The position numbers and the translations under genes are program-made. Below are positions 36,450 to 50,766 of a stretch of 64,000 bases of DNA, piece after piece (position 1 is the first letter of the stretch; each line of letters begins with the position of its first letter). This stretch comes from Geosiphon pyriformis uo1 (lineage: Eukaryota; Fungi; Glomeromycota), in the NCBI GenBank assembly GCA_016748015.1, contig JAAOMT010000028.1, positions 1 to 64,000 of the forward strand, given 5' to 3'. The notes under the pieces are model-generated. The model worked only from the letters and a program-made list of their open reading frames with translations. It was not told the DNA's origin and ran no database searches.

Positions 36450-39400
36450 TTAATCTTGCTTCATTCTTGAGAGACAATCAACGTTGATGTGGAGTTTTCC
36501 TGGTTTGTGGTGTACAATATATTAGTAGTTGGCTAAAAATCCTGTTCATTGGGTTTGTTTTGCATTCAGTTAGATGTTTTTGTTCTGAAGCCATTTGAGT
36601 CCAATATTATCAGTGATAATATCAAATTTTTTAGGCCTGAGATAAAGGTTAAAGTAGTGTAGGGCCCAAATTATGGCTGCTGTTTCTAGTTCTGTGGCAG
36701 GGTAGTTTTTCTCGGCTGGTTTTAATGTTCTGCTCACATAAGCAATTACTCACTCATTTCCATTGTCGCCTAATTGTGATAAAATGGCACCAAAGGCAGT
36801 GTAAGAAGCATCTGTAGCTAGTCGAAATCGGTTACTGAAATCTGGATAGGCAAAAATTGGAGCTGTTGTTAGTTTTTTTTTGAGAATTTCAAAAGCTTTT
36901 TGGTGTTCTTCTGTCCATTTGTATTCGACATTTTTAGTAGTAAGCTGATTGAGGGGTTTTGCAATTTCTGAGAATCCTTTGATAAATTTTTGGTAATAAG
37001 AAGCTAATCCAATAAATTTTCTCAATTCTGTGGTATTTCATGGAGTCTTGAAGTTCTTGACAGTGCTGATTTTTCTGGGGTCTGGTTTAATTCCATCTTT
37101 GCTTACAATGTGGCCAAGAAAGACCAGACTTGTTTTTCCGAAGTAGCATTTTTTGATGTTTAGTTTCAATCTTGCTTTCCATAATTGTTGAAAAACTTCG
37201 CACAAGTGTTTTAAGTGTAATTCAAAAGATGGTGAATAGACATTAGTATTATTGAGATAGACAACTACTGATTTCCAAAGGAGGCCTTTGTAAACAATGT
37301 CCATGAGTTTTTGGAATGTTGCTGGTGTATTGCATAATCCAAAAGACATTATGTTGAACTTGTAGTTTCCTTTTTGTGTGGTGAATGCTGTTTTGGAGTG
37401 ATCTTTGGGATCCATGGCAACTTGCCAGTATCCGCTTTCTAAATCTAATGTTGAAAAGTATTTGGATTTTCCAAGAACATCTAACATGTCATCGATTCGG
37501 TGAAGAGGGTAGGCATTTCCAATGGTGACATTGTTGAGTTGTCGATAATCAACACAAAATCATATTTTTCTATTTTTCTTCTTAACTAGGACTACAAGTA
37601 AGGTCCATGGACTCATTGATGATTGAATAAGCCCATTGTTAAGCATCCATTATACTTCTTCTCAGATAAATTGGTGACTTTCTGGAGCAACTCAGTAGGC
37701 TTGTTGTTGTCTTGGTTTGGCATCTCCTGTATAGATTTGGTGTTGAACCAAATCAGTTCTTCCTAAGTCATTGTTGTTTTCAGCAAAGATATCGGCAAAT
37801 TCTGCAATTAGCTCTTTAAACTGGCTCTTCTGTTGTGGTTCAAGTTGTTTTATGTTGATTCGAGATAGTTTTTCTATAACAACATGGTAGTTTTTAGAGC
37901 TGGGCTTTGGGTTGATTTTTGGTAGTAAATGTCCAATAATTTCAGAGAAATTGGGGACTGTTTGGAGTAATTCTTGTTGAAAGATATTACTGTGAATAAC
38001 TCCAATTTCTAAGTTATTTAATAAAACTACAGAAAAATTGTTGGAATTGTAAAAAGTAACTTGGATTTTCTTTGTTCCTTCTGGAATATAAATGTTTGGG
38101 ATTGAGATATTATGTTCTAAGCAGACTTGTTTATTGGATTCAAAAATTTGTTGTGTGATTGTTGACTTTGGGCAGGTGTAGATTTCCAGATGTTCACTAA
38201 AGAGTAAAATAGTAATTGGTTGTGCAAGTCGTAGAATCTGGTGAGATTCATTTTGTTCATTAAGAGTTATGTTTACTGGAACTGTGAATCATCCAGTTGA
38301 ACCAAAACCTTGGGTTCCTCTTTCACTTTTTCCCAATAGTTCTCTTTGATTGACTAATTGTAAACCCAAAATGTTAATTAAGGGTAAATAAATAGCTTGG
38401 ACAATTTTTTTGGCATGTTCAATTTTAAATGGCTTGTCAGTTTCATTTTGGAGTATTATTGTTATGTCACCAGTATATCCTGCATCAATTATTCCTCCTC
38501 TAACATTGATTCCTTTGCTTGCCAGAGAGAACTGGAAGGCAATTTGAATTATTGCTTCTGGTGAGATTTTGAGAGCAATTTTGAGGTTAATTTTTGTGAG
38601 AGATTTGGGTTTAAAAATAAGAATATCCTTGTCTGGATATCTTAGGTCATATCCAGCATCAATTTCATGTACTTTTTCGGGTTTTATTCCTTGTCCATTG
38701 TTGTTGAAGTATTTGAGTTGTAAGGCAGGCTGATTTTCAATGAGATAGATGAGTGTTGTTTCAATTTCTTCTATTGCTTCAGGTTTTCCAAATTCAATTT
38801 CATATTCGTCATTTTTGCTGAGTAATGGAATGCTAAGGGCATAGCATTCAGGACACCATTGTTTGTTGCATGGCATTATACACTCCTCACATAATTTAAT
38901 GTTCATTTGCTCTAATCATTGAATTTGAGCTTCTTGAATTGAGTAGGTGTGACTTGCAATTTGGTGGTATACTTTGACTTCATCTTCATAATCGAATCCA
39001 GTTAATTCCAATGTATATTCAATATATTTGGCTTCCTTCATTTGAAGGACATCTTCTTTGGTTTCTCCATTAATTAAAACCATGGCAAGTTTGTAGATCA
39101 TTTCGGCATCATGGGAGTAGTAATAAAGTTTGCTAAGAGTGCTGTTATATGCGGCATTGAAAGGTGTTCCACATTTTACTTTTTCTGCAATAGAAAAAGC
39201 ATATTGGCAAGTTTGATCACAGACTCCTCCTCTAAATGCAACATCAATCCAGTCACATTCATCAGGAAGCTGCTTTCCACAAGTAAGACAGGGTGTTCTA
39301 TCCCATTTTCTGCTTCTTTTGATCAAGTGGTCTCATTGTTCTTGATGGCAGGCCTTGTAGTAGTAGCAGGTATGACTTTCATATTCTTCTTTAGGTGAAA

Positions 39401-42030
39401 TACAAGCTTTCATTGACAATAGTTTCTTGTGGCAGTCCTTACATTTAAGGAGAATGTAGGGGTGTTGTTTCCTTGGTTCAGGCTTTGAGTAAGGGATATT
39501 CCATTCAGGAGTTTCAGGTTCAGAATGTGAAGTAAAATGTTTTTGTTCAGTTTCCTCAGCCCAATTGGACATTAATCCAAGAGCCATGAATGTTTTGATT
39601 ATTGGTTTTTCTTCTTCTGGTTCGAATTCAAAAGCTGGGGCTTTTTCGGAGTGTTTGTTGAATGTATCACAAATGGCAGGTACTCGGGCGTGTTGTTTTT
39701 GGTAGGGAATTGTTAACTCTTGTGTCTCCCAATTCAGATTAGCATTGGCTTTTTGGAGCCAATTGTTTTTGACAAGAGCTTGGTATTGGGGAGCATCCAT
39801 GACCAGAACTTTGACTGGAATGGTAATTCCATCAATTGTGAATGAGAAGTTGTCAATCTCTCTTACTGGAGTCTTTTTCATGCCATCAGTAGTGACAATG
39901 ATTGTCTGAGCTGGTTGGTCAACATTTCTCTTTAGCTGCTGCATCAATTGATATGTAATGATGCTTCCAGCAGATCCACTGTCTAGGATCAAGTGAATTG
40001 GCTTTCCTTCTACTTTAGCTTCTGTGTACATTGCAGTAATGGCTTTTTGCTCATTAGCCGCTGCATTGCTAAGCAAAAATGGTAATTCATTTGCTTCAAA
40101 TTTGAAAGGAAATATATCTGAAAGATTGGCTTTTTCAGCAATTCTGGCTGGTGGGATTGTGGTAGAAATATAGGAAGGGTTTTGTTGTTGTGTTGCAGCT
40201 CTACTTTCTGAGAATGCAGTATGGTGAAAATCCTGTTCTTTAGGTATTATAAGATAGCTAGGTTGAGTATGATAATGGGTGGATCTTGGCTGAACTGGAT
40301 TTCAGAGAATCAATTGGTTGTTCGAATTGATTCTATTGTTGTTTACTTGGTATTGGTTTTGTGATGTAAATTGATTTTGCGGAATCAATCTTTGAGCAGG
40401 TATTTGATAATGTTGTGTGAGTGGTTGTTGGTATTGCTGTTGAATTGGCTGTGGAGCGGGCTGATAATAGTTATTTTGGTATTGGGATCTTGGTAGATAG
40501 TAAGCTGGTAGTGGTAGTTAATAATAAGATTGCTGTGGTAGAGGGTAACGTTAATTACTCTTATTTTGTTGGTCTCATTGTAGCTTTCTGCAATCTTTTT
40601 TCCAGTGGCCAGGAATTTTACAGTAATGGCAAATCTGAGACTGGTTATTAGAAGATGATATAAAGTTGTTTTGATTCTGTTTTTGGGGTGGTTGATATCT
40701 TTGGGGTTGCTGTTGTTGTTGGTTAGTGAAATAGTTTTTGACTTTCTTTGCAAGTTGGTCAATTTTTTCTTCAGCTGCTGAGCTGGTTTCTCCAATGGTT
40801 AAGTTCACAAGTTTTGTACAATTGACTTCTTCTATGGCCATTTCATATCTTTTTGCATGCTGAATAGCAGAGTTTAAATCTTCTGGCACATGTGAACGAA
40901 CCTTTTTAATCAGTTTATCTTTTAAGCCAGTGATAAATTAATCCAAGATTTGAGCATCAGAATAATAATCAGTAGTTTCAAGTTGGCGAATTTGTTTGAG
41001 AAGTTTGTTAAATTTCTCAATATAAGTCATGACAGATTCAGAGGGTTCTTGTTTGATATTGTGAAAACAATTCTAAGAAGGCAGTTTTGAAAGCTGTCCA
41101 GTCATTAAAAGGAGTGATCAAGTTTTCAAACCATTTGCCTGCGGTTCCTTTAAGAAAGTAGGGAATTGTTCTTAACATTCAGGCAGCATTCCATCCATTT
41201 GCATCTCCAGCTTTAGTAACTTGGTTGAGCCATTCTTGAGGACTGGTCTTAATGTTTTCTTCATTGAATTCAGGGATTTTTGCAATGTATGCTGTCATTT
41301 CATCTTCTTCATTTTTACTGTCTATTTATTCTTTTTCAGATATTTCAGAGTCATTTTCTTCGTTCACTGCTGTCTCAGAGTGTTCACTTTGATTTTTAGC
41401 TAGAAAGTCAAGGAGATTAGAACTAGTTTGAAGAAGTTTTTGTTGTCTGATGGGACTTCTGGATAATGTAAAATCTTCTAGTCTTGTAAATCGATTTAAG
41501 GGTGAATTAGGTGTTTGTGCTTGTGCAAGTGAAGCTGGAAAAGATGTGATAGTAAGTGGAAGTTTTGAACTAGTTCCTTGTTCAGGTGTTTGTAAGTGTT
41601 TGGCAGTTGTTTTTGGTAGTATTGGAGTATTTGGGGTGGTTTTTGAGTATTGCTTCAATTTTTGTTTGCCTTTGTTGCTTGTTTCTGTCTCTGATTCAAA
41701 ATTAAAAGAGTATTTAGACTGTACTGGGTATTTTTCTTCACAATATTCAATAATGTTAAAATTAAGTTCTTGAAAGTAGGTAGCAAGTGTTTTACTGTTC
41801 AGGTTTTCTGTTTTCAATTGTGAATAGTGCACTAAATTATTGTAGAGGTTGCTTCTAACTTCTGAAATGTTTTAGTTTCCAAAAAGATAATTGTTGATGT
41901 GGTTTTCAATGTATTGGTATACTGATTTTTTGACAACTTCAATTCCGTCTGGAATGTTGAATCTTTGCTTGTAGTGTGTGTAAATTGACTGGTAATACTC
42001 TAAAGTTACTGTGTTTGGTGTGGTCGCCAC
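36450..42030 (-). pseudogene. E2 ORF1 polyprotein Gag-PR-Cys-rich-dUTPase-RT-RNaseH
   Basis: CHYCKIPGHWKKDC knuckle, LILDSGSAGS, DAGYDL/GGIIDAGYTGDI/RGTQGFGSTG, LDLESGYWQV, ATDAS. One frame from ~40889 to 36450, with small indels in gag. Confidence 0.93.
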
Positions 42031-42075
42031 TTTGAATTTGTTGTTGCTGTGTTATTTCTGTGGGAGAGCACCAAA

Positions 42076-43056
42076 TGTTACTGAAGGTTTTTGGTCTCTT
42101 CTTAGCTTTTGTATGTTTGTTGTAATGTTGTTAATTCACGATTATAGGAAGTGTTTAAACCTCCGATAACTGAATTTATTTTCAAATTATCTCCTATAAT
42201 TTGAACTACTGGACTTATAAGTGGAATGGCCAATTCTGTACCAGTTACTTTGTATAGTTACATTGTAGTAAACGTCAACTCTTTCCCAGAAATTGCTCAT
42301 CTGAAAGCTCACTAAAAATGTGTAGTTACTTTGCTGTGAAAGTCAACTCTTCTACAGGAATCTTGTCTGTAGACTACCCTAATGATTGTAATAAGAAAAG
42401 AAAAGAAAAATAAAAAAAATGTAAAAGAAATAGGATTTTATCAAGGAAAACGTTTTCTATTCAGGCCTGGAGTCACTAACAATTTACTGAAATTGGTAGC
42501 CAATCAATTTCAAAACGTTAGTTGGGTTTTGAAGATTTTTCAAGTGCAATAATTTCAAGAATTTGGTTTTTCAAATTATTTAATATTTATTTCTTTTTGT
42601 GTGTGTAGAAATGGTTCTAAGTGATAAATCCAAAGTAAGATACATTTTCTCGAAGAGAAAAGCTCTTCTTTTATACAACTTGTCATAACACTATTCTATG
42701 TACTTGAACTTTGCTCTTTTCTACAATTTTGCTGAACTAAAGATACATTTCGGTGAACTACAAGTTATTTCTGTGAACTATTAGATGTTTCAGTAAACTA
42801 TCAATTATTTTGGCAAATTTTTACAAATTTCGGCGAACTTTTAATTGTTACATATTTCGGGGTATTGCATGATTGATCATCGCACTTAGGTTATATTTAT
42901 GTTATGTAAAAATTGAGTTATTAGTTAAATGATAATTTCAGATATTTTGCTAATGTAATAAGTGATGATTTAAAATGATAATATATGCTAATTAATGATA
43001 AAGATTTATAAGGGTAATTTCATGCTAAACAATATCTCTAATTTTGTCTGGTAACA
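42076..43056 (-). repeat. E2 5' LTR (981 bp)
   Basis: Repeated AGTTCACCGAAA-like units and TATAAAA on the minus strand; followed by the PBS. Confidence 0.95.
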
Positions 43057-43060
43057 GCAT

Positions 43061-43546
43061 CAGCTGGTGTTGGCCCTTTGGATGTTTGTGGTTCTGATAA
43101 TTTTGTGTCTATCTGTAATCGCCTTTCTCAGGTTGGCACTAATAGCTTGTCTGTATACACGGATGATTCATTGAAGAATTTGGGCATGGTTGGTTATAGG
43201 GCCAAAGCTGCTGTCTTTTTTGAGAACATTAATTTAGATTTGGGTGTCAGTGTTCATGGCTTATTGTCATCCACTTTGATGGAGCTACAGGCTATAGCAT
43301 TGGCTTTGAAGTGCATGCCTGCAGTTCATTCTGTTTATCTGTTTTCGGATAGTCAGACAGCTTTAGATGCTTGCAGGTCAGAGTCTGACCTAGTGTGTCC
43401 TGATTTTCACAATCGGTGTTGAGTCAAGTGTCAACATATTAGAAATGTTATTCACAGCAAGAATTTGAGAGTTAAATGGCATAAGATTAAGGGCCACTCT
43501 GGTATTTTAGGGAATGATTGTGCCAATAGCATTACTAACACTGCAT
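43061..43546 (+). pseudogene. LINE B ORF2 part 3 (RNase H domain)
   Basis: VYTDDSL, ELQAIALAL, LFSDSQ, KIKGHSGILGND. Confidence 0.92.
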
Positions 43547-44436
43547 TGTTACTCATAGAAATATAAAAAATATATTAGCATAATTATTAGCCAATCAGAA
43601 GGAAGCGTAGTAAATGTGAAATTCCAGAATTCCTCTCAAAAATTGCAGAATTCCAGGAATTTCAGAATTTCCAACAAGGAATTGCAGAATTGCAGAATTC
43701 TAGGATTCCTCTCAAAGGAATCGCAGGATTCCAGGAATTTTAGGATTCCTGTTGTGAAGAATCAAAGAATTAAGGAATCTCAATTATGTATATATAGCAG
43801 TAGTGTTAGAAACAGAAAAGACAGAATCGATACCACAGAATCCTTAACCTAGAAACACAATCATCAAATAAATAATTATTTCATATCTCAAATCCACTTC
43901 CCACTATCAACTCTTTATGTTAATAGTAATTGATACTTAACCATGCTGGAACAATAGCTCTTGATCACAGCTATTGATGGGATACTAATCTGCAAATTGC
44001 CTTGGCTTATTTCTTTGCTTTCTTTATTTTTCTTTTATTTCTTTTTTCTTTATTTTATTTTGATTTGTTGTTATATATACTAATTGATAAAAGATTAAGC
44101 ACTGAGTTATTGATGTCAAGGATAGCCTGGTAAAAGACCCAGAAATACAGGTAGAATTTTATATATTATCGGATAGCTTACCAGAAGGGCATGACTGCCA
44201 GAATAAATCTGGCCACCAAGCTAAGAAAAAAATTAGACATAATTGCGACTCCAGGAAAACTACTACCATCACCACTGAATCTCTGTCTATTATACAAAGA
44301 ACTCCACAACAAAACCTTCAGATCAACCAAAACTTCAGATACAGCATCTTCAGAACAGCCTCAATGGAAGTAGCTTTTGAGCACCAAGTTATGGGTTTGT
44401 TATTTAATTCAACAGTAAAAATAATCACCTGTAACA
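43547..44436 (+). repeat. E3 5' LTR (890 bp)
   Basis: TGTTAC...GTAACA termini; CCAAT box, GGAATTCC array, TATA. Confidence 0.95.
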
Positions 44437-44498
44437 TTTGGTGCTTTCTGTGAAGTATAATCCTACAGAGAACCAGCACCGACAATACCAAACCAAAA

Positions 44499-47400
44499 GT
44501 GGCAGAATCAGAAATTATAGGAGCAAACTATTTAGGATTCGCAAAATCCTTATTTCAACACTATTGTCAATACTTGAGATTAAACCACAATCATATATCC
44601 ACTGAATCAGCCTTCAATTTCTACGTCAACAAAAAGATTTCTTCTTTATTAGGAACACCAGTGAACACTGAATCAGCAAGAGAAACTTTCTATAAGGAAT
44701 TAATTCAAAACACCAACCTACCAACAAACCATAATTTTGCATCTATCATCACTGAGATCAACAAAGAAATTGAACACCACACTCAACAAAGATATCCAAT
44801 TACATATGCTAGTAAAGGCAAGGGAAAATTACAAACACCAGTAGTAACACCCAGAAAAATACAGCCACCTGCTTGAAAGAAAAACAGAGTTGAATCTCCA
44901 AGCAACTCATCCTACCACTATACACCTGGAAGCGCCATCAACATATCATCAACCAACATGTTTTCATCAACTGTGACATCAACATTTGGACGATTCCCAT
45001 TCCAAAGTAGACAAAAGAAAACAGAATTGCTAGGACCATATGGTGAATACTTTAAGGGATTTAATTCACGATCATCAATCTCATTAGGACTTCGATCATC
45101 ACCGCCTCCACCAGATTTTGGAATCTCTGATCTGTGGGAAACAGCAGAATCAGAAAAAGAAAAAAAATCAGAGGATCAAGAATTTACTTACCAAAACCCG
45201 ATCATTGAAAGCCCGGAAGTTGAAACCCCAGAAGTTGAAATCCCAAATCTTCAAGCTTAACAAAATTTAAATATAGAAAATTTGGAAATCAAAACTCAGA
45301 ATCAGCAAAGACAGAACAATCCAAAACCCAAATTAATTAATCAGTAAAACTTATCTCCAATAATTGTCATCGATCAACTGCCAATTAATCTAGTAGCCAA
45401 ACCTATACAATAGCCACTTCAACTACCACCCCAACAACTACTTCAACAGTCACCACAACCACCTAACTTAGACCCAATGGCCTATGCACCCATCACAAAA
45501 CTCGACAACTTTACTGGTGAAAAAGATGATGCTTAAGTATGACTGAATGATGTAGAAAAGGCCATCGCAGCCAATGGATGGAATGACGCCCGAGCCATAC
45601 AAGCCATTCCCTACTTTCTTAAGGATACCGCTAATTCATGGTATCAGAGCTTGGTTAATAAACCACAAGATTTCAATGTCTTTAAAGTGGAATTCCTAAG
45701 ATACTTCAGCAACAACAATAGCATTAATCACCTAGTCAATACATTCACCACCATGAAACAAGGAGAAACTGAAACAGTCACCACTTACCTGGGACACTTC
45801 CATCGAAACTTGCGCCAAATTCAAACAATTGATGATGACTATTTTACAGCACCACAGATACTCAACCAGTTTATCCGTGGCCTATGCAGCAGTATCTTGC
45901 AACATGTACATCCATTGCATCCTAGCACGCTTTAAGACACAGTCACACACGCCAGAGATTTTGAATCTGCTGAGTCAGAGGCTAACTATGCCCAAGCCGT
46001 TAATCTAGTAATAAACGGATTATCTGAATTGGATTCCAAATTGGAGAAGTTCAGTGAATCAATTAATAAGAGATTGGAAGGATACTTAGCTAACAATTAC
46101 ACCATTTATCAGCCTTTACAATGATGTAATAATCAAGGAAATTATAATCATGGCCAAAATCAACCGCATCCATCTTCATCAACCAATTAACAGTGACAAC
46201 AGGAAATGTGTATCTGCCACTATTGTGGTAAACAAGGACATATCCAAATTGACTGTCGCCAGCGTTTAAATAACCAACAATTGGGAAATCCATATTGAAG
46301 CCCCGATCGCCAGTTCCAAACTCCAAATCAGTACCCAAATCAAAACCCACCCGCTTACCTACCAGTGACACAGTCATCAGTTTATCAGTCTTCAGTATAT
46401 CAACCTCCGATTTATCAGCCGCAGCCACAAGTAATATATCAACCACAGCCACAAATAATTTATCAACCTCAACAGATCCAAACACCACCCCAAAACTTAC
46501 CACCCAACAGAACCCAAAGACCAAGAATAACTCAACAGAGCTGGAGATCAGCAATGGTAGCTTATCAACCAATCCCCAGTTCTTCACAGCAACCATCTGG
46601 ATTACGCCAGCGGAATTTGGGTACCAGTCAACCCCAGAACCCGAATTCCCAGAACTATTTAAGTCTCCTGGTCACCCCAGAAGACGCTTCAACCAATAAC
46701 CCAGCATTTACCCAAAAACAACCATTCACCAGTAATATCCCACCTGCTACTATTACCGAAGACAAGTCATTGGCCGCTATCTTCCTATTTGAATTTGAGG
46801 AAACAGCTGCAACGCCATTGTTTAGTGGAGCCGCTCTTAAAGCCAAACCAATTACTGCGATGTACACTGATGCCAAAGTTGAAGGACAATCCATTAAATT
46901 GATCCTGGACAGCAGTTCTGCAGGCAGCATAATCACAAGACAAATCATGGATCAATTAGATCATCAAGTTGATCGAGCTGCCAGTGCCAGAATCATCACA
47001 GCCGATAGAGTGACCAAAACTCCAATCGGCGAAATCGACAACTTTCCTTTTGAAGTCAATGGCATCATAACTCCCATTAAAGTGCTAGTGATGGAAGCCA
47101 CTCAATACTAAGCTCTTGTTGGTAATGACTGGCTATCTAAAGTCAATGCAACGTTAAACTGGAACACCCAGAAACTCCAGCTAACGTATCAGGGCCAACA
47201 CATACATGTCCCGGCAATGTGTGGCCATTTCAAAACTCCTCCAAGAAAGAAACTATTGATTGAACTGGAGGAGGAGAAAGAAAAGCCAACCTGAGAAGCC
47301 TACCAAGTGTTGTGGGCGGATGAAGAGCACAATGAACTACTGCTCATATTCTTCTGGGACAACAGCAACAAGGGAAAAAAGAAACAAAAGGAAGAACTTA

Positions 47401-50400
47401 TCTGGGAAACTGATGACCTGACATGGACCGACAACGACGAGAGCGAACTGACTTCAAGCTGGAAATGGGAAGAGGACAACAAAAATAAAGGAAAAGAGAA
47501 AGAAAAAAAGACCACCCAAACTATTACCACTTATCATAATACCTACACTATTTCACAACGATCTACCTATCATTGACTTAAGCTTATATGCATCGATTGT
47601 GGCAAGAAATTGTCGTCAATGGGTGCATGCTGTGGTGATAATGAGGAATACCACACCGCGACAAAATTCTACTGTCGTCTATGCTTACTCAAACACTTCG
47701 GATGACCAAAGAAACAAGAAAAATGGGATAACCAACCTTGTCTCGCTTGTGGAAAGACCCTGCTAGATGAAGAGATATGGAATGACATCCCAGAATGGGG
47801 AGGAATGTGTGATGTGTCATGTCAATACACGATTCTAATAAGTGACTAAGTAAGGAAAGAAACCTCAATAGAAGCAGTCTAGAGAAAAGCCATACAGTGA
47901 CTGGACAGTTGCCCACATAACGACGACAAAATTTGGCGAATGGCACTCGCCAAAATTGAAGGGGCAATGCCAGAAGAGATAAAAACAATCAAAGACAACC
48001 CCCCAGAACCTTTAGAGCTTGACTGAGATGCAGAACCCATCATAAACTTCCTGGATCTGGAACAATTCCACGAACATTACCAAGAATTAGCACCTACAAG
48101 GGAAGAACAAAAACAACGGTTAGAGCAGTTGAATGCTCGACTATGTCAACACTGCCTAATTCCCTGTGACTTCCAGTATTGTAATGAGTGTGACCTCATT
48201 TACAATCTACCACCATGCATAATCTACTCGATCCCTGAAGAAGAAAAACCAATCAGCAGCTGCACATCAGAATCAAAATCGCTGATCAATCGCAATTCAA
48301 ACTCCGACAATGATGACAATAACAACAGTTCAAGCTCTGTTCAAATTGGCAATGACAACGAAAACGATTCAGACTCAGATTCAAAACCCAATGTAAACTA
48401 TGAACAATACATTGCACTACCAGATCTCTCCAAGGAACAAGAGTTGAAATGGTATAGTAACAATGGGGAAGGTATTATGCCAGAACGTACACATGATACT
48501 GATATAGGGTTTAATCTAAGATATCCAGGAAAAAATGCCATCAAATTGGAACCACATTCACGCACCTGCATTGATCTAAAAATAGCACTAGAAATTCCGG
48601 CAACAACAATGGTTCAATTAGCATCTAGAAGTAGTTTAGTGAAAAGAGGGATTAATATAAGAGGAGGAATAATTGACGCGGGATATGTAGGAAATATCAT
48701 CGCTATGCTACAAAATGACTCAGAAAAGGCCTATGTAATAGAGCCCAATGAAAAGATAGCACAGGCAATATTCCTGCCTCTGATTAGAATAGCTCAGTTA
48801 GTATCAGTGGGAAAGAGGGAAAAATTAGGAATAATGGCAAGAGGAATACAGGGATTCGGATCTACAGGTAGAATAGATGTACCAGTTAACATGGCAGAGA
48901 AAGAAATTGTTGGCCAAGAAGAAATTATCTCAACTGGTCAAGCTATTTCCATTCCACCATATAGCCAGTACATGTTAGCAATAGAAAGGAAAGAAAAGGA
49001 GCAAGAACAAATTTTTGAAGTAGAAGCAACCTTTTGTAAATCAGGAGAGATTGGGTTGATCAATCTCCACATACCAGCCAAAAGCTATAGCAGCATAAAA
49101 ATTCCCATCTACAACAACACTGGTAATGTCATCAACATACCAGAAGGAACCACCATTGGATATTTAATCACAGAAATAGAAGACCAACCACCAAACCCCA
49201 TTCCAGACTTTCCACAACTTTGTGGATATGTTGACATCACATCACAAACCATCTATGGACAAGACAAATGTTATTTGCTCCAACCAGAACAATTGGAACA
49301 AATGAATATGGGAAACTTAGACTCACTCTAATATATGCAGCTCAAGATATTACTCAACAATTTCAATAACATCTTTGCCAGTAAAAATGAGTTTGGCCAA
49401 ACTGACATCATCCAGCATTAGATCAAGACTGGAGATGCAATGCCAATCAAACAAAGAGCATACAGAGTACCGCCAGCCAGCCACAAGATTATTCGTCAAG
49501 AAATAAACAAAATGCTTGACAACGGGCTAATTCAATCATCAATGAGTCTATGGTCATCACCAGTAGTACTCATCCGAAAGAAAAATAGGAAAATCCAGTT
49601 TTGTGTAGACTACAGAAAACTCAATGGTGTAACTCGTGGAGACAGTTATCCAACTCCATGAATACAAGAATTATTTGATGCTTTCAGTGGAAACAAATGG
49701 TTCTCCACATTAGATTTGGACAATGGTTACTGACAAGTAGCCATGAATCCAGCTGACAAAAAGAAAACAGCATTTACTACTAGAGAAGGGAATTTTGAAT
49801 TTGAAGTAATGTCATTTGGCTTAACCAATGCCCCAGCAACTTTCCAACGGCTAATAGAAATTGTTTATACTAGCTTATTGTAGAAATCAGTAGTTATATA
49901 CTTGAACAATACCAATGTATTCTCAAAGATGTTTGATGATTATCTTCATCATCTTCAACAAGTGTTCGAAAGACTAAGAAGAGCAGGACTAAAGTTAAAT
50001 GCGACAAAGTGCTTCTTTGGCAAGACAGAACTCAAATTCTTGGGACACATAGTCAGCAAAGACAGCATCAAAATGGATCCAGAGAAAATAAAGATAGTAA
50101 AGAACTTTCCAGTGCTGAACAATATAACAGAACTGAAATTATTCTTGGGATTTGCCAGTTACTATCGCCGTTTTATCATGAACTTTTCTAAAATAGCACA
50201 GCCACTCAATCAACTGCAAAACAAAAATGCGAAATATGAATGGACAGAAAGTCAACAAGAAGCTTTTGATATTCTGAGGAAAAAGCTCATCCAAGCTCCA
50301 GTACTGATCTATTCAGATTACAGCAAACCATTCATCATCACCACTGATGCATCTGGTCAAACATTGGGAGCAGTATTATCTCAGAGAGGACCGGACGGCA

Positions 50401-50703
50401 AAGAACATCCAGTAGCATATGTCAGCAGAGATTTAACACCAGCTGAAAAGAACTATGGAACACTGGAACAAGAACACTTAGCAATATACTGGGCTGTCAT
50501 GAAATGAAAAGAATACTTGAGCCAAAAGTTTGAAGTATACACAGATCACAAGAGATTAACATCACTCCAAAAACAAGAATTTGGAGATGGAAGACAGTCA
50601 AGATGGAAAATGGCACTTGCACCATACAATTATACTATACATTACAAAAAGGGAAAAAACAATGGAAATGCTGACAGTTTTATCACGAATAAGACAAATC
50701 TAA
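44499..50703 (+). pseudogene. E3 ORF1 polyprotein Gag-PR-Cys-rich-dUTPase-RT-RNaseH
   Basis: Fragments 44499, 44958, 45651, 46365, 47307, 48129, 49440, 49902 and 50517 share one frame; CHYCGKQGHIQIDC knuckle; all five dUTPase motifs; one extra T near 50680. Confidence 0.93.
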
Positions 50704-50766
50704 GAACATTTCAACCCAAAAATATAATAAAACCAGAACAATACCAACAGAAAAATACAACAAAAG

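Larger units (their letters stand above)
33231..43056 (-). mobile_element. Ty3/Gypsy LTR retrotransposon E2 (divergent subfamily, same architecture), antisense to the host LINE
   Basis: LTRs at 33231-34210 and 42076-43056; TSD GCAT on both sides; PBS TGGTGCTCTCCC (minus strand) just inside 42075; purine tract GAGAAAAAGA next to 34211. Confidence 0.97.

Noticed and set aside
43616-43852. ORFs MKFQNSSQKLQNSRNFR... (also 52917-53153)
   Set aside because: They are translations of the U3 tandem enhancer array, start at GTG and cross the TATA box; the frame is not preserved in the E1 LTRs.
46295-46699. Overlapping alternative-frame Ser/Thr-rich ORF in E3 gag, and many antisense ORFs in the TEs
   Set aside because: By-product of Gln/Pro-rich, strand-skewed coding sequence; it has no conserved start and its frame is closed earlier in E1.
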